Virus record (IMG/VR): IMGVR_UViG_3300031414_000012
Coordinates: 39,149-103,148 of that record
Length of the DNA stretch: 64,000 nt
Source of the DNA: a virus
Direction: 5' to 3' (one strand)
The position numbers and the translations under genes are program-made. Positions 29,744-37,893 of this stretch are shown here, piece by piece (within the stretch, counting starts at the first letter, position 1; each line of letters begins with the position of its first letter). The notes below the pieces were generated by a model. That model was not told the DNA's origin. It saw only the letters and a list, made by a program, of their open reading frames with translations, and made no database searches.

Positions 29744-29787
29744 GTCGCTCAGATTGGTGCTGTTCCGGCAGGACGTACCGTGAACGG
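29744..29787 (+). repeat. 44-bp perfect direct repeat, copy 1
   Basis: GTCGCTCAGATTGGTGCTGTTCCGGCAGGACGTACCGTGAACGG, identical to 31437-31480. Confidence 0.95.
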
Positions 29788-30289
29788 TCAAAGTCTTGAT
29801 AAGGACATCTGGGTTGGTGGTGTACTACCCGGTATGATAGTCATGTGGTACAGCGACTGGATTCCACCGGGTTGGTTACTCTGCAACGGGCAGGGTGTAG
29901 GCAATAACCCAAAACTGCGATCGGTGGTTGGGAATAACGTTCCTGACTTTCGTGGGTATTTCCCTAGGGCTAAAGATGGTGGCCGTGGGATAGACCCCGA
30001 TTACGGACGTGGTTTGGGTTCCATTCAAAACGATGGTTTACAGAACATAACCGGTACCTTGTTAGTCGATGTTGCGGCTACAGAAAACATTGGTCTCGGT
30101 TTGTCTGGTGCGTTTTACGATGGAGGTAGCCTCGGTAGACCTTCTGATAAAGGAACGACATGGCGTGACGAGATTCGAAGCATTCGCTTTGATGCCTCAC
30201 GCAGTGTAAGGACTGCATCGGAAACGAGACCGAAGAACATCGCGATTAACTTTATCATCGCTGGTGATAACGCTACTACGCAACTTTAG
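29780..30289 (+). CDS. Orphan tail-fibre C-terminal cassette (tail-collar domain plus tip); possibly silent
   Basis: PGMIVMW..IPPGWLLCNGQ..VPDFRGYFPR..ETRPKNIAINFII; frame open from 29687 with no start codon before the GTG inside the repeat. Confidence 0.75.
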   Translation: MNGQSLDKDIWVGGVLPGMIVMWYSDWIPPGWLLCNGQGVGNNPKLRSVVGNNVPDFRGYFPRAKDGGRGIDPDYGRGLGSIQNDGLQNITGTLLVDVAATENIGLGLSGAFYDGGSLGRPSDKGTTWRDEIRSIRFDASRSVRTASETRPKNIAINFIIAGDNATTQL

Positions 30290-30291
30290 AA

Positions 30292-30330
30292 TTGAAAAGA
30301 GGGTTGTCCTCTTTTCAAACGAGGACAACT
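30292..30330 (+). promoter_or_regulatory. Mutually exclusive hairpins overlapping the RBS of the fibre gene
   Basis: TTGAAAAGAGG/CCTCTTTTCAA (30292-30318) versus GTTGTCCTC/GAGGACAAC (30303-30311 with 30321-30329). Confidence 0.6.
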
Positions 30331-30332
30331 AA

Positions 30333-31769
30333 ATGGCTACAAAAGTTATTAAGTACCCGTTGGATACGACTGGAAAGTCGAAAGACAACTTGGTGCTAGC
30401 TGAGCCTCATGTTGTTCCACGAGATAACTCTCGGGCGTTTGCGACCTTCTATGGTCCATTCTATACCGATAGCCTCGTGGTTCGACAGAAGGGTAACGTC
30501 ACACCCTTGAAGCAAGGCACCGACTATAAACCGATCATGCTGTATCAGGATGCTACAGTGATGTTGGGTCTGTCGGTTAGTGCTGCGATTATCATTACCA
30601 ACAAATCACTCGGTAGCGATTTTGAGATCGATTATCAGGTGGTGGGTGGTCCGTTCAGTCTGTCCTCCGGTGCGGTGGCGGATTTGTTCGAAGCGCTTGA
30701 GCTGGATAACCGCAAAGTTAACTGGGTTGACGTTCTGGGTAAACCCGTGCGCTTCCCGCCAGCACCTCACCTTCATGACGCCGATGACCTTTACGGCATG
30801 GAGTTCGTGACGGAGGCTCTGGAAAACCTGCGTATTGCTATCCTTACTGGCGACGTGGCGTCGCATGAACAGATCTACGATTATATCGATCGTGTTAAAG
30901 ATCTGATCTACATCGATATTGATAAAGTCAATGCCCGTATCGATGCCACCAACAATGACGTGACTAAACTTCGTCAGGATCTTCAGAACCTGATTGACGG
31001 TGATGTTGCTGATTTGAAACGCAACCTGGCTAACCACATCGCTGACAAAAATAACCCACACGGGGTGACTAAAACCCAAGTAGGTTTAAGCAACGTACAG
31101 AACTATTCGATGTCGACGAATGCTAACGCAATCGACGAAGCGAACAGCACTACGTACTTGTCACCATCGGCAATGTGGTACGCACTGAAGCAGAAAGTCC
31201 TACCGATTATCAACAACCACATCGCGGATAAAAACAATCCGCATGGTGTTACTAAAAGTCAGGTCGGTCTGGGCGATGTTCCAAACAACCCAATGGCTAC
31301 TCAGCAAGAAGCTGAAGCCGCTGCTACGAACGACCGCTTCATGTCGCCGCTGCGCGTGATGCAGTTGATCAATTCTAAAGTAATGCCTACCATCAACAAC
31401 CACATCAACAACCGTAACAACCCCCACGGTGTAACGGTCGCTCAGATTGGTGCTGTTCCGGCAGGACGTACCGTGAACGGGAAACCGTTGACGACTGATA
31501 TTTGGTTGTCAGCAGGTGACGTTGGTGCATATACCACCGGACAGGTAGACCAGATCGTTGCCCAGCTCCGTGCCGAGATGCAGCAGTCTGGTGGTGGGCA
31601 GCTGAAGATGGGTCCTGCGCAGAGCTTTAAAGAGCGTCGTGCTAACGAGCGTATGGGTGGTGGCGTCATGACCGCATGGGCCGACTACGGCGGCTCTAAC
31701 TACTGGGTCGTATTGCGTCCACTGTATTACTGGAAAAATAACCAATGGTTGCTGACGCCTTATGAGTGA
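30333..31769 (+). CDS. Tail fibre protein (NPH repeats, enterobacterial-phage-type tip)
   Basis: Three NPHGVT repeats; RTVNGKPLTTDIWLSAGDVGA motif; C-terminal LRPLYYWKNNQW. Confidence 0.85.
   Translation: MATKVIKYPLDTTGKSKDNLVLAEPHVVPRDNSRAFATFYGPFYTDSLVVRQKGNVTPLKQGTDYKPIMLYQDATVMLGLSVSAAIIITNKSLGSDFEIDYQVVGGPFSLSSGAVADLFEALELDNRKVNWVDVLGKPVRFPPAPHLHDADDLYGMEFVTEALENLRIAILTGDVASHEQIYDYIDRVKDLIYIDIDKVNARIDATNNDVTKLRQDLQNLIDGDVADLKRNLANHIADKNNPHGVTKTQVGLSNVQNYSMSTNANAIDEANSTTYLSPSAMWYALKQKVLPIINNHIADKNNPHGVTKSQVGLGDVPNNPMATQQEAEAAATNDRFMSPLRVMQLINSKVMPTINNHINNRNNPHGVTVAQIGAVPAGRTVNGKPLTTDIWLSAGDVGAYTTGQVDQIVAQLRAEMQQSGGGQLKMGPAQSFKERRANERMGGGVMTAWADYGGSNYWVVLRPLYYWKNNQWLLTPYE
31437..31480 (+). 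repeat. 44-bp perfect direct repeat, copy 2 (inside the fibre gene)
   Basis: Identical to 29744-29787 and read in the same frame (VAQIGAVPAGRTVNG). Confidence 0.95.
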
Positions 31770-32280
31770 TTTATTGACAGTCACTGGTTTCCACCAGTAC
31801 ACACCTGAGGACGCCATGGATGGCGTTCCTTATTACAGGGACAGTGAGGGCCGTGACTGGTATCAGCTGCGGTATCTCTTCAACGATGACACAATGAAAT
31901 TCATCTACGATGAAGAAGGTCGTCTGTTGTGTTTCGCTAAGTCTGCCGAGTTTATGGCTCCTACTGGTACTATCAGTGAGATGCCACTGAAGGACTGGCC
32001 GCCGGGTGTAAGTCTGAATGGCTTCTGGCGCTGTAGTCCACACGCAATCGAGTGTCGTGTTGAGAACTTAGGCGATCGAATGATTGCACTCACTGAGTTT
32101 TTCAAAGACATTGCGGCTGAAACGAAATCAGTTCGCTTGGCGATTGAAGACTGGCAGTCTGATCCGTGTTACCCGTTAATTCCATTCCCGCGCTTCTCTA
32201 ACGGTATTGTTGAGAAGGCGGTTGAGAAAGGGATGGACATTAATGAGTATCGTCTTTTAACCTTGAAGGAGGCTCCCTAA
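31762..32280 (+). CDS. Tail fibre assembly chaperone (Tfa-like)
   Basis: YYRDSEGRDWYQ...FNDDTMKFIYDEEG motif; directly after the fibre gene. Confidence 0.75.
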   Translation: MSDLLTVTGFHQYTPEDAMDGVPYYRDSEGRDWYQLRYLFNDDTMKFIYDEEGRLLCFAKSAEFMAPTGTISEMPLKDWPPGVSLNGFWRCSPHAIECRVENLGDRMIALTEFFKDIAAETKSVRLAIEDWQSDPCYPLIPFPRFSNGIVEKAVEKGMDINEYRLLTLKEAP

Positions 32281-32870
32281 TGACTGATTACAGTCTGTTC
32301 ACGAAAGACAGCATCATCCGTCGCAAGACGGCTATCGAAGCGGGCTACGTGAACAATAAAGATGACTTGGGTGGTGAAACCATCTGGGGCATCACGATCG
32401 CCACTGCACGCGAATATGGCTATAAAGGTGCCATGCGCGATATGCCGCAGTCTCTTGCTTTTGAGATCTACGACAAGATGTGGTGGCAGCGTCTCATGCT
32501 CGATGACATCCTCGCGTTCCAGCCGTTCCTCGCCGACCGTCTGTTTGACTTCGGCATCAATGCTGGTCGTAAGAATGCCGTTATCGCGTTGCAGCGTATC
32601 CTCAACAGCCTGAACAACCAAGAGAAGCTTTACGCTGACCTGGTTGTTGACGGTGGTATGGGCACTAAGACCATTACTGCCATTAAGGCATTGCAGGGTA
32701 TTCGTGGTGCTGAAGGTATGGCTATCCTGGCTATGGCACTGACGCATTTCCAAACCTACTACTACTTAGACATTTCTGAGAAACGTAAACAGAACGAAAC
32801 CTTTACTTACGGTTGGTTCCGTCGCGTGTACCAGGAAGTCAAAGAGTACGCTAAAGCAGCCCTGGGGTAA
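32280..32870 (+). CDS. Endolysin, glycoside hydrolase family 108 with PG-binding domain
   Basis: EAGYVNNKDDLGGETIWGIT, LFDFGINAG, LQRILN, VDGGMGTKT, FTYGWFRR. Confidence 0.9.
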   Translation: MTDYSLFTKDSIIRRKTAIEAGYVNNKDDLGGETIWGITIATAREYGYKGAMRDMPQSLAFEIYDKMWWQRLMLDDILAFQPFLADRLFDFGINAGRKNAVIALQRILNSLNNQEKLYADLVVDGGMGTKTITAIKALQGIRGAEGMAILAMALTHFQTYYYLDISEKRKQNETFTYGWFRRVYQEVKEYAKAALG

Positions 32871-32873
32871 TAT

Positions 32874-33428
32874 ATGGAAACCTCACCTACCAATGTTTGG
32901 ATTAAAGTTGCACTTGTATTGCTTCTGCTCGGTGGGGTTTCCGTTGTCAGTTGGAAACTTGCCGTTCGCGCTACAAATGCTGACTGGGTAATCAAACAAA
33001 ATGATATTGCTACTAAGCATAATGCGCAGGTCAAACTTCTGAATGCCTCAATTACGAAGCTCGAAGAAGATGCGCGTCTTGCTCAGCAGCAACGCACAGC
33101 TACCTATTTGCAAGGGTTACAAGATGGCCGTAAACAAACTGAAGATACTATTGCTCAGCTGCGTGCTACCAATAGCGGGTTGTGGCTCCAAGTACGTGCC
33201 TCCGGTGAACGAGCAAGTCGAGCTGAAAATGCCGCCGTTCAATCAAAACGTGATGCAGCCGAGGCAGCCCAACTTACAACAGAGGCTTCTGAAGCTCTCA
33301 TCCGAATCACAGCCGACGGAGACGAAGCCATTAAGCAATTAGGGCTTTGTCAGGCAGAGTATAAAGGGCTGTGGGATTACACAGACCAGGTTGTAAAGGA
33401 ATACAATAAATTGCGATTCGGCAAATAA
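32874..33428 (+). CDS. Inner-membrane spanin (Rz-like)
   Basis: N-terminal TM helix plus coiled coil, late Cys, located after the endolysin. Confidence 0.8.
   Translation: METSPTNVWIKVALVLLLLGGVSVVSWKLAVRATNADWVIKQNDIATKHNAQVKLLNASITKLEEDARLAQQQRTATYLQGLQDGRKQTEDTIAQLRATNSGLWLQVRASGERASRAENAAVQSKRDAAEAAQLTTEASEALIRITADGDEAIKQLGLCQAEYKGLWDYTDQVVKEYNKLRFGK
33124..33342 (+). CDS. Outer-membrane lipoprotein spanin (Rz1-like), embedded in the +1 frame
   Basis: MAVNKLKILLLSCVLPIAG-C lipobox; Pro-rich mature part. Confidence 0.8.
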   Translation: MAVNKLKILLLSCVLPIAGCGSKYVPPVNEQVELKMPPFNQNVMQPRQPNLQQRLLKLSSESQPTETKPLSN

Positions 33429-33433
33429 GCACT

Positions 33434-33462
33434 CTCCTCTCTCCCAAAGCGGGAGAGAGGAG
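33434..33462. terminator. Bidirectional terminator
   Basis: CTCCTCTCTCCC-AAAGC-GGGAGAGAGGAG then TTTATGC. Confidence 0.8.
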
Positions 33463-33473
33463 TTTATGCTGTT

Positions 33474-34190
33474 TTATTTATTCTGGTTAGGGGCATCCGT
33501 GTCCATATTAGCCGCTCCCGGAGGAGGGTTGTCATCAGGCATATCAGAAGCCGCTGGCTGGCTCTGTGGAGCCGTCTGACTTGCAGGTGGTGCAACTGGT
33601 GCCTGTTGAACAGTAGTCGTGTTCTGCTGCGTTACAGGACGTTTACGGGTTATTGCATCGATCACCGCACCCCATGCGCCAGTCTTGGGCATTTCACCCA
33701 GCGCGGCACTGATAATATCGCGGTTCTCTTTGGTCAGTACGCCATACCAGGTCCAGACAATACCACCTGGTACAATGATGATACACGTAATGTCCTGCCA
33801 GTGCGGAAGTGGCAAACCACGAAACATCAGGTAGGCATACGTAATTACCATCACACCAACCAACAGCGCCATGAATACAGCTACTGCCGTTTTCCAACCT
33901 GACTGCCCAGCACGAAGCTGTGAGATCAAGCTAGTCAACTGCTGCATATCAGAGGCACCAGAGTCGGTGTCAACTTCTTTGTTCAGATACGCGTCTCGCT
34001 GTGTTGCAGAAAGACCGCTCAGTGCTTTCAAGCAGTCGCTACCTGTAGCGCTGACAGTGTCCAAAGAAACGCCAGTCAAGCTAGCGATTTCACTTACGTG
34101 TTTCTCACCGTCGGTAAGCGCCTCGTAAAGTGAGACATCACCAATGCGCCGCAGGAGTTCACCAATTTTCATCTTTTGTCTTCTCATCAT
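33474..34190 (-). CDS. Membrane protein with two TM helices (holin candidate)
   Basis: Two hydrophobic segments, Pro/Gln-rich tail, adjacent to the lysis genes. Confidence 0.45.
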   Translation of the reverse strand: MMRRQKMKIGELLRRIGDVSLYEALTDGEKHVSEIASLTGVSLDTVSATGSDCLKALSGLSATQRDAYLNKEVDTDSGASDMQQLTSLISQLRAGQSGWKTAVAVFMALLVGVMVITYAYLMFRGLPLPHWQDITCIIIVPGGIVWTWYGVLTKENRDIISAALGEMPKTGAWGAVIDAITRKRPVTQQNTTTVQQAPVAPPASQTAPQSQPAASDMPDDNPPPGAANMDTDAPNQNK

Positions 34191-34804
34191 GAAGACGCCG
34201 GGATAGCCCCTACTTCTACTAAAATCTCAAGGACGTCACTGTAGACTTTTTCACGGGACTGCGTGGCGTCAATAAGCCTAAATTTATTAGGCAGGGTACG
34301 ATTACACCGTAGGTAGAAATCACGCACCTTATTGAAATAATCGTCGTCGCGTTTTTCGATGGTATCGAGATCGCCGACTGCCGCAACGCGAGCACGACTG
34401 ACTTCTAATGGAATATCCAAATAGATGATCAGGTCAGGGGTAGCGGTTTTACGCACAGTCTGCGCAGTCACCTCATTGATCAGGGTCATGTTGCTATGAC
34501 CCGTCGCACCCTGATAGGCTAACGTCGAATAGAAACAGCGATCACTGATAACCAGCTTACCTGCATTTAACGCAGGTGCAACTACTTTACGTAGTAACTC
34601 ATTGCGAGATGCCATGTAAACTAGTGCTTCTGTGTCCGGATGTAGTGGCTCGTCACTGTGAATAACGATCTTACGCAACTCTTCTGCTACGGGAGTTCCA
34701 CCTGGTTCACGTACGTATACGGCATCAGGAAATAGCTCACGTAGTTTCATCAGCAGTGTTCCGTTGCCACTACCATCCAATCCTTCAATAGCGAGATAAC
34801 GCAT
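34187..34804 (-). CDS. tmk: Thymidylate kinase (P-loop Lys replaced by Asn)
   Basis: AIEGLDGSGNGT, REPGGT, VISDRCFYSTLAYQG, PDLIIYLD, IDATQS. Confidence 0.9.
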   Translation of the reverse strand: MRYLAIEGLDGSGNGTLLMKLRELFPDAVYVREPGGTPVAEELRKIVIHSDEPLHPDTEALVYMASRNELLRKVVAPALNAGKLVISDRCFYSTLAYQGATGHSNMTLINEVTAQTVRKTATPDLIIYLDIPLEVSRARVAAVGDLDTIEKRDDDYFNKVRDFYLRCNRTLPNKFRLIDATQSREKVYSDVLEILVEVGAIPASS

Positions 34805-34806
34805 AA

Positions 34807-35415
34807 TCAAATAGCTCCAATGAACTTTAAGAACTTCCACTTAGCAACGGCTACCGAGTCGTAAATGTGCTCAGTATGTCCAGTGCGAGGAAGGCTAGGG
34901 TCGAAGATGATACTCGTGTCAGCAATCACGGCCTTTTGGATATCGTCTTTACTGCTACCCTTTGCCTTTACACCCATGCTCTTTTTAGCAGAAGGTGGGT
35001 CGACTGTTTCGAGTAACATATATTGACGATAACGAGTGACTGCTGAGCGGATGGCTTGCATACATTCTACAAGCGCACCAAACGCGGCTGCAAAGCGTCC
35101 CATGAAGGGGGCCTCACTAACTATAGCATCTGGTCGCCAATATACAAAAATACCATACAGCGCTTCCTCCAGCATGTAGAGTCGCGCTTGCTTTTCACCA
35201 TGCAGTTCCGTATAACCAGGAACAGTGGTGATCATCTTAGCACCCTGTAGCGTAGTAACTTCCCGTACAGTCAGTGTCTTTGTGTTAAGATCAATCTCAC
35301 AAAGAGAAAGACCCAGGGTGTCAGTCCCCGGGTCAATTGCCACAAACCGATAGGTGTCGTTACTCGCGAACGTTGCTAGTCGTTGCTGTAAGTTTTGAAG
35401 TGACATCCAATGCAC
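34807..35415 (-). CDS. ruvC: RuvC-like Holliday junction resolvase
   Basis: VAIDPGT, IVSEAPF, SKDDI, HIYDSVAVA. Confidence 0.8.
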   Translation of the reverse strand: MHWMSLQNLQQRLATFASNDTYRFVAIDPGTDTLGLSLCEIDLNTKTLTVREVTTLQGAKMITTVPGYTELHGEKQARLYMLEEALYGIFVYWRPDAIVSEAPFMGRFAAAFGALVECMQAIRSAVTRYRQYMLLETVDPPSAKKSMGVKAKGSSKDDIQKAVIADTSIIFDPSLPRTGHTEHIYDSVAVAKWKFLKFIGAI

Positions 35416-36283
35416 CTTCTCCCATCATCGGCTCAGTTGCACCCAGCTCTACACGAATGGAGAAGCCTTTGTTGGTGTAACCCACGGCATGGTAAACAGT
35501 AACGTGAGTAGCTACCTGTAAACCGATCGCCTCAGTGTATGAAATGCCGCTTGTGCCTACACCTTCCCCAGTAACAACCTGATCGTTACCGGTGCACATG
35601 GCCAGCTCAGAGATGATCGCACGCAGCGGGTTATCGTATTTGATACGGGCCACGTTGATATACTCTTTAACGTCGTTAGCATCGAATACAATGCCAACGT
35701 CATTAGACACAGACAGGAAGTCGCCATTAGTCGTGGTTGATTCACGGCTGGACAACTCAGGTGCTTTAGGTGAGAGGTTATCGCTGGTAGGAATGAACGG
35801 CACTGTGCTGGACACGCCATCAACCACGGTAGTGTGTTCCATAACGATCTTCTTAGAAGTTTCGTCTTCGACCACACGTTTAGCGTAACACGCTACGTAG
35901 TTTTTGTTGTTCCAGATTTCTTTAACACGCAATGCGTATTTGGCCAGCTCGTCCGCAGACAGCTCATTGCCTTCCTGACGCAGCACAAACGGTTCGTGGT
36001 TAAAACAAGCAGCGTCGGACGCACGGTGTCTGATTGGTGCGGTATAAGAAATACCGTCAGCACCTGCCTGCATGCGGTGACCACCACTACCGATTGCGTA
36101 ATAACGCAGTGAAGGGGTTACCTTAGGCTGGACATCGGCTTGCACACCGAACTTCTCGTTGAGCGTGGTATGTTCCGGGATCGTATATGGCAAACCGCGC
36201 AGAAGGGCAACCTGTAGAGCACTGCCGTACACTGTGCGGGTAATCTGCATAAAGTCCGAAACGTTGTTTTCAGTACTCATCAC
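35360..36283 (-). CDS. Conserved virion (baseplate-associated) protein
   Basis: 307 aa; TTLNEKFGV..YYAIGSGGH motif typical of phiKZ-like structural genes. Confidence 0.6.
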   Translation of the reverse strand: MMSTENNVSDFMQITRTVYGSALQVALLRGLPYTIPEHTTLNEKFGVQADVQPKVTPSLRYYAIGSGGHRMQAGADGISYTAPIRHRASDAACFNHEPFVLRQEGNELSADELAKYALRVKEIWNNKNYVACYAKRVVEDETSKKIVMEHTTVVDGVSSTVPFIPTSDNLSPKAPELSSRESTTTNGDFLSVSNDVGIVFDANDVKEYINVARIKYDNPLRAIISELAMCTGNDQVVTGEGVGTSGISYTEAIGLQVATHVTVYHAVGYTNKGFSIRVELGATEPMMGEGALDVTSKLTATTSNVRE

Positions 36284-36295
36284 TTTACCTCAAGT

Positions 36296-36856
36296 TTATC
36301 GTACGTCGCTCGGCACAAAGCCAAGAATACGTGTGTTAGTCAATTCATCGGTGATGGGCTTATCAATCACGTCATCTAACGTGAAACCCGTTAAGTCGGT
36401 ATGTGTGATTACCGTACTAATATCGCCTTTACCCAACTTGACTTTAGCAGTAGCACTACCAAAGACTAAGGGGTGTTTATGGAAATCAAAAACAACAATA
36501 GCGTTTTCTTCTGAAAGGATCACCCGGCTTGCGATGACGATCTCTTCAGGTGAACACGGGATGTTGTACGTGGCTAACAGAGTATTACAGATAGAGCCAA
36601 CCACAGTATTCAGGTTGTACGCCGAGGTCTCGATGACGCTGTTGTCGCCCAATTGCCTGGAATCCAAACGATTATACGACGTCGTGGTAGACCTGTCGTA
36701 TTGTTTATCCTCCGGGTTAGCAAAGACTTCGATCCATGTGTTATACCGCCTGTCACCTGAAATGTTAGGCGAGCCAAATGACACACGACTTTTGTCTATG
36801 CGCATGTGGTTATTGCGATTTAACATTTCCACTAAACGTATTTCAGATGGTTTCAT
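36296..36856 (-). CDS. Paralog-array virion protein with two C-terminal peptide motifs
   Basis: LVEMLNRNN...NT...YNRLD; tail ISTVITHTDLTGF / ITDELTNTRILGF. Confidence 0.7.
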   Translation of the reverse strand: MKPSEIRLVEMLNRNNHMRIDKSRVSFGSPNISGDRRYNTWIEVFANPEDKQYDRSTTTSYNRLDSRQLGDNSVIETSAYNLNTVVGSICNTLLATYNIPCSPEEIVIASRVILSEENAIVVFDFHKHPLVFGSATAKVKLGKGDISTVITHTDLTGFTLDDVIDKPITDELTNTRILGFVPSDVR

Positions 36857-37247
36857 CTGGCTTACACTCCAGCTTTATCTTAGCGACAACAACGTAGTCA
36901 TCGATGGTGAGCCAGGGCACGCCATCTACCGTCACAACTTTGAAACAGCCCGGCTCGAACTCGACACGGTTGGCAATCTCTAAGCCATGAACAAACGACG
37001 CAATTGTTCCTTCCGATAAATCTTCCACCCGCGCAGAGTGGTTGATAACCCGGCGGTCATACCGTAAAGTAATGCTCTCACCCTCATTGACCTCATTCGT
37101 TATGGGCGTGACTACGACGGACGTTTTGCCATCATCATCCAGCGTCCTCGGTTCTGAGAAAGAAAAACTGTTCAGTCCAAACTCACGATTAGACTCGCGG
37201 TTTAACTGAGCAATCACACGACAACGCGAACTCAGCAAAAAGTCCAT
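36843..37247 (-). CDS. Divergent paralog-array protein
   Basis: VIAQLNRESN...FSEP...LRYDRR; GAGG RBS. Confidence 0.6.
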   Translation of the reverse strand: MDFLLSSRCRVIAQLNRESNREFGLNSFSFSEPRTLDDDGKTSVVVTPITNEVNEGESITLRYDRRVINHSARVEDLSEGTIASFVHGLEIANRVEFEPGCFKVVTVDGVPWLTIDDYVVVAKIKLECKPDETI

Positions 37248-37307
37248 ATAAACGCCTCGTATCAAAAGAATATAGGTTGAACATAATATTTAACCGCCAC
37301 ACGGCAT

Positions 37308-37331
37308 AAAGAGGTGGAAACCCACCTCTTT
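37308..37331 (-). terminator. Terminator
   Basis: AAAGAGGTGG-AAAC-CCACCTCTTT; the minus strand continues TTTATGCCG. Confidence 0.7.
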
Positions 37332-37334
37332 AGA

Positions 37335-37883
37335 TTAGCCATTGTCTTCAAGTTCAGACTGGTCTTCTTTAAAGCCATCAAGACGAACAATAGTAATCAC
37401 ATCGGGAAGAGGGATTTTCTCATTCATCACGGTAACGGTTAATTGACCATGCAGCACGTAGTTAGGACTCAGATCGATGGTGAGTGTACCAATGATAGCG
37501 TCATCGATAGTACCGGTTTTATCATAGTTCCAGCTACCGATTTCGCCCTCAGCTGAAAGCGGCAGACTCCATTTGGAACTGAGTTCAGCCAGTACCCCAG
37601 CTAACACAGTTTCACCAGATACCTCCACATCGCCGTGTAGGGTGTAGTGGTAGTCAGTGATACCAAATGCGTCGGATGTGCTCAGGCGGTTATATTCGAT
37701 GTCGACATAACCACGATAGCCTTTACCCGCGATTGCGGTGAACCGTGCCTTCGAGTTAGTTCCTGTTCCAACGAAATCGGACGGCGCTCCAACAGTGATG
37801 ACTTTCAGGGTAAAGGCTTTCTTATTTTCGGCATTTACCAGATCGACAAGTGCCTGCTTTGTTGAAGTTACGTTAAGTGCCAT
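37335..37883 (-). CDS. Paralog-array virion protein
   Basis: STKQALVDLVNAEN...GYVDIEYNRL; C-terminal LPDVITIVRLDGF. Confidence 0.75.
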   Translation of the reverse strand: MALNVTSTKQALVDLVNAENKKAFTLKVITVGAPSDFVGTGTNSKARFTAIAGKGYRGYVDIEYNRLSTSDAFGITDYHYTLHGDVEVSGETVLAGVLAELSSKWSLPLSAEGEIGSWNYDKTGTIDDAIIGTLTIDLSPNYVLHGQLTVTVMNEKIPLPDVITIVRLDGFKEDQSELEDNG

Positions 37884-37893
37884 TTACGATTCC

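Noticed and set aside
29744-31480. Diversity-generating retroelement or invertible shufflon
   Set aside because: The repeat is short, perfect (no adenine-specific mismatches) and direct; no reverse transcriptase or invertase is present in the window.
36159-36983. 274-aa plus-strand ORF and other antisense ORFs (e.g. 445-1032, 12090-12689, 46572-47132)
   Set aside because: They shadow well-supported genes on the opposite strand and show no recognisable motifs.
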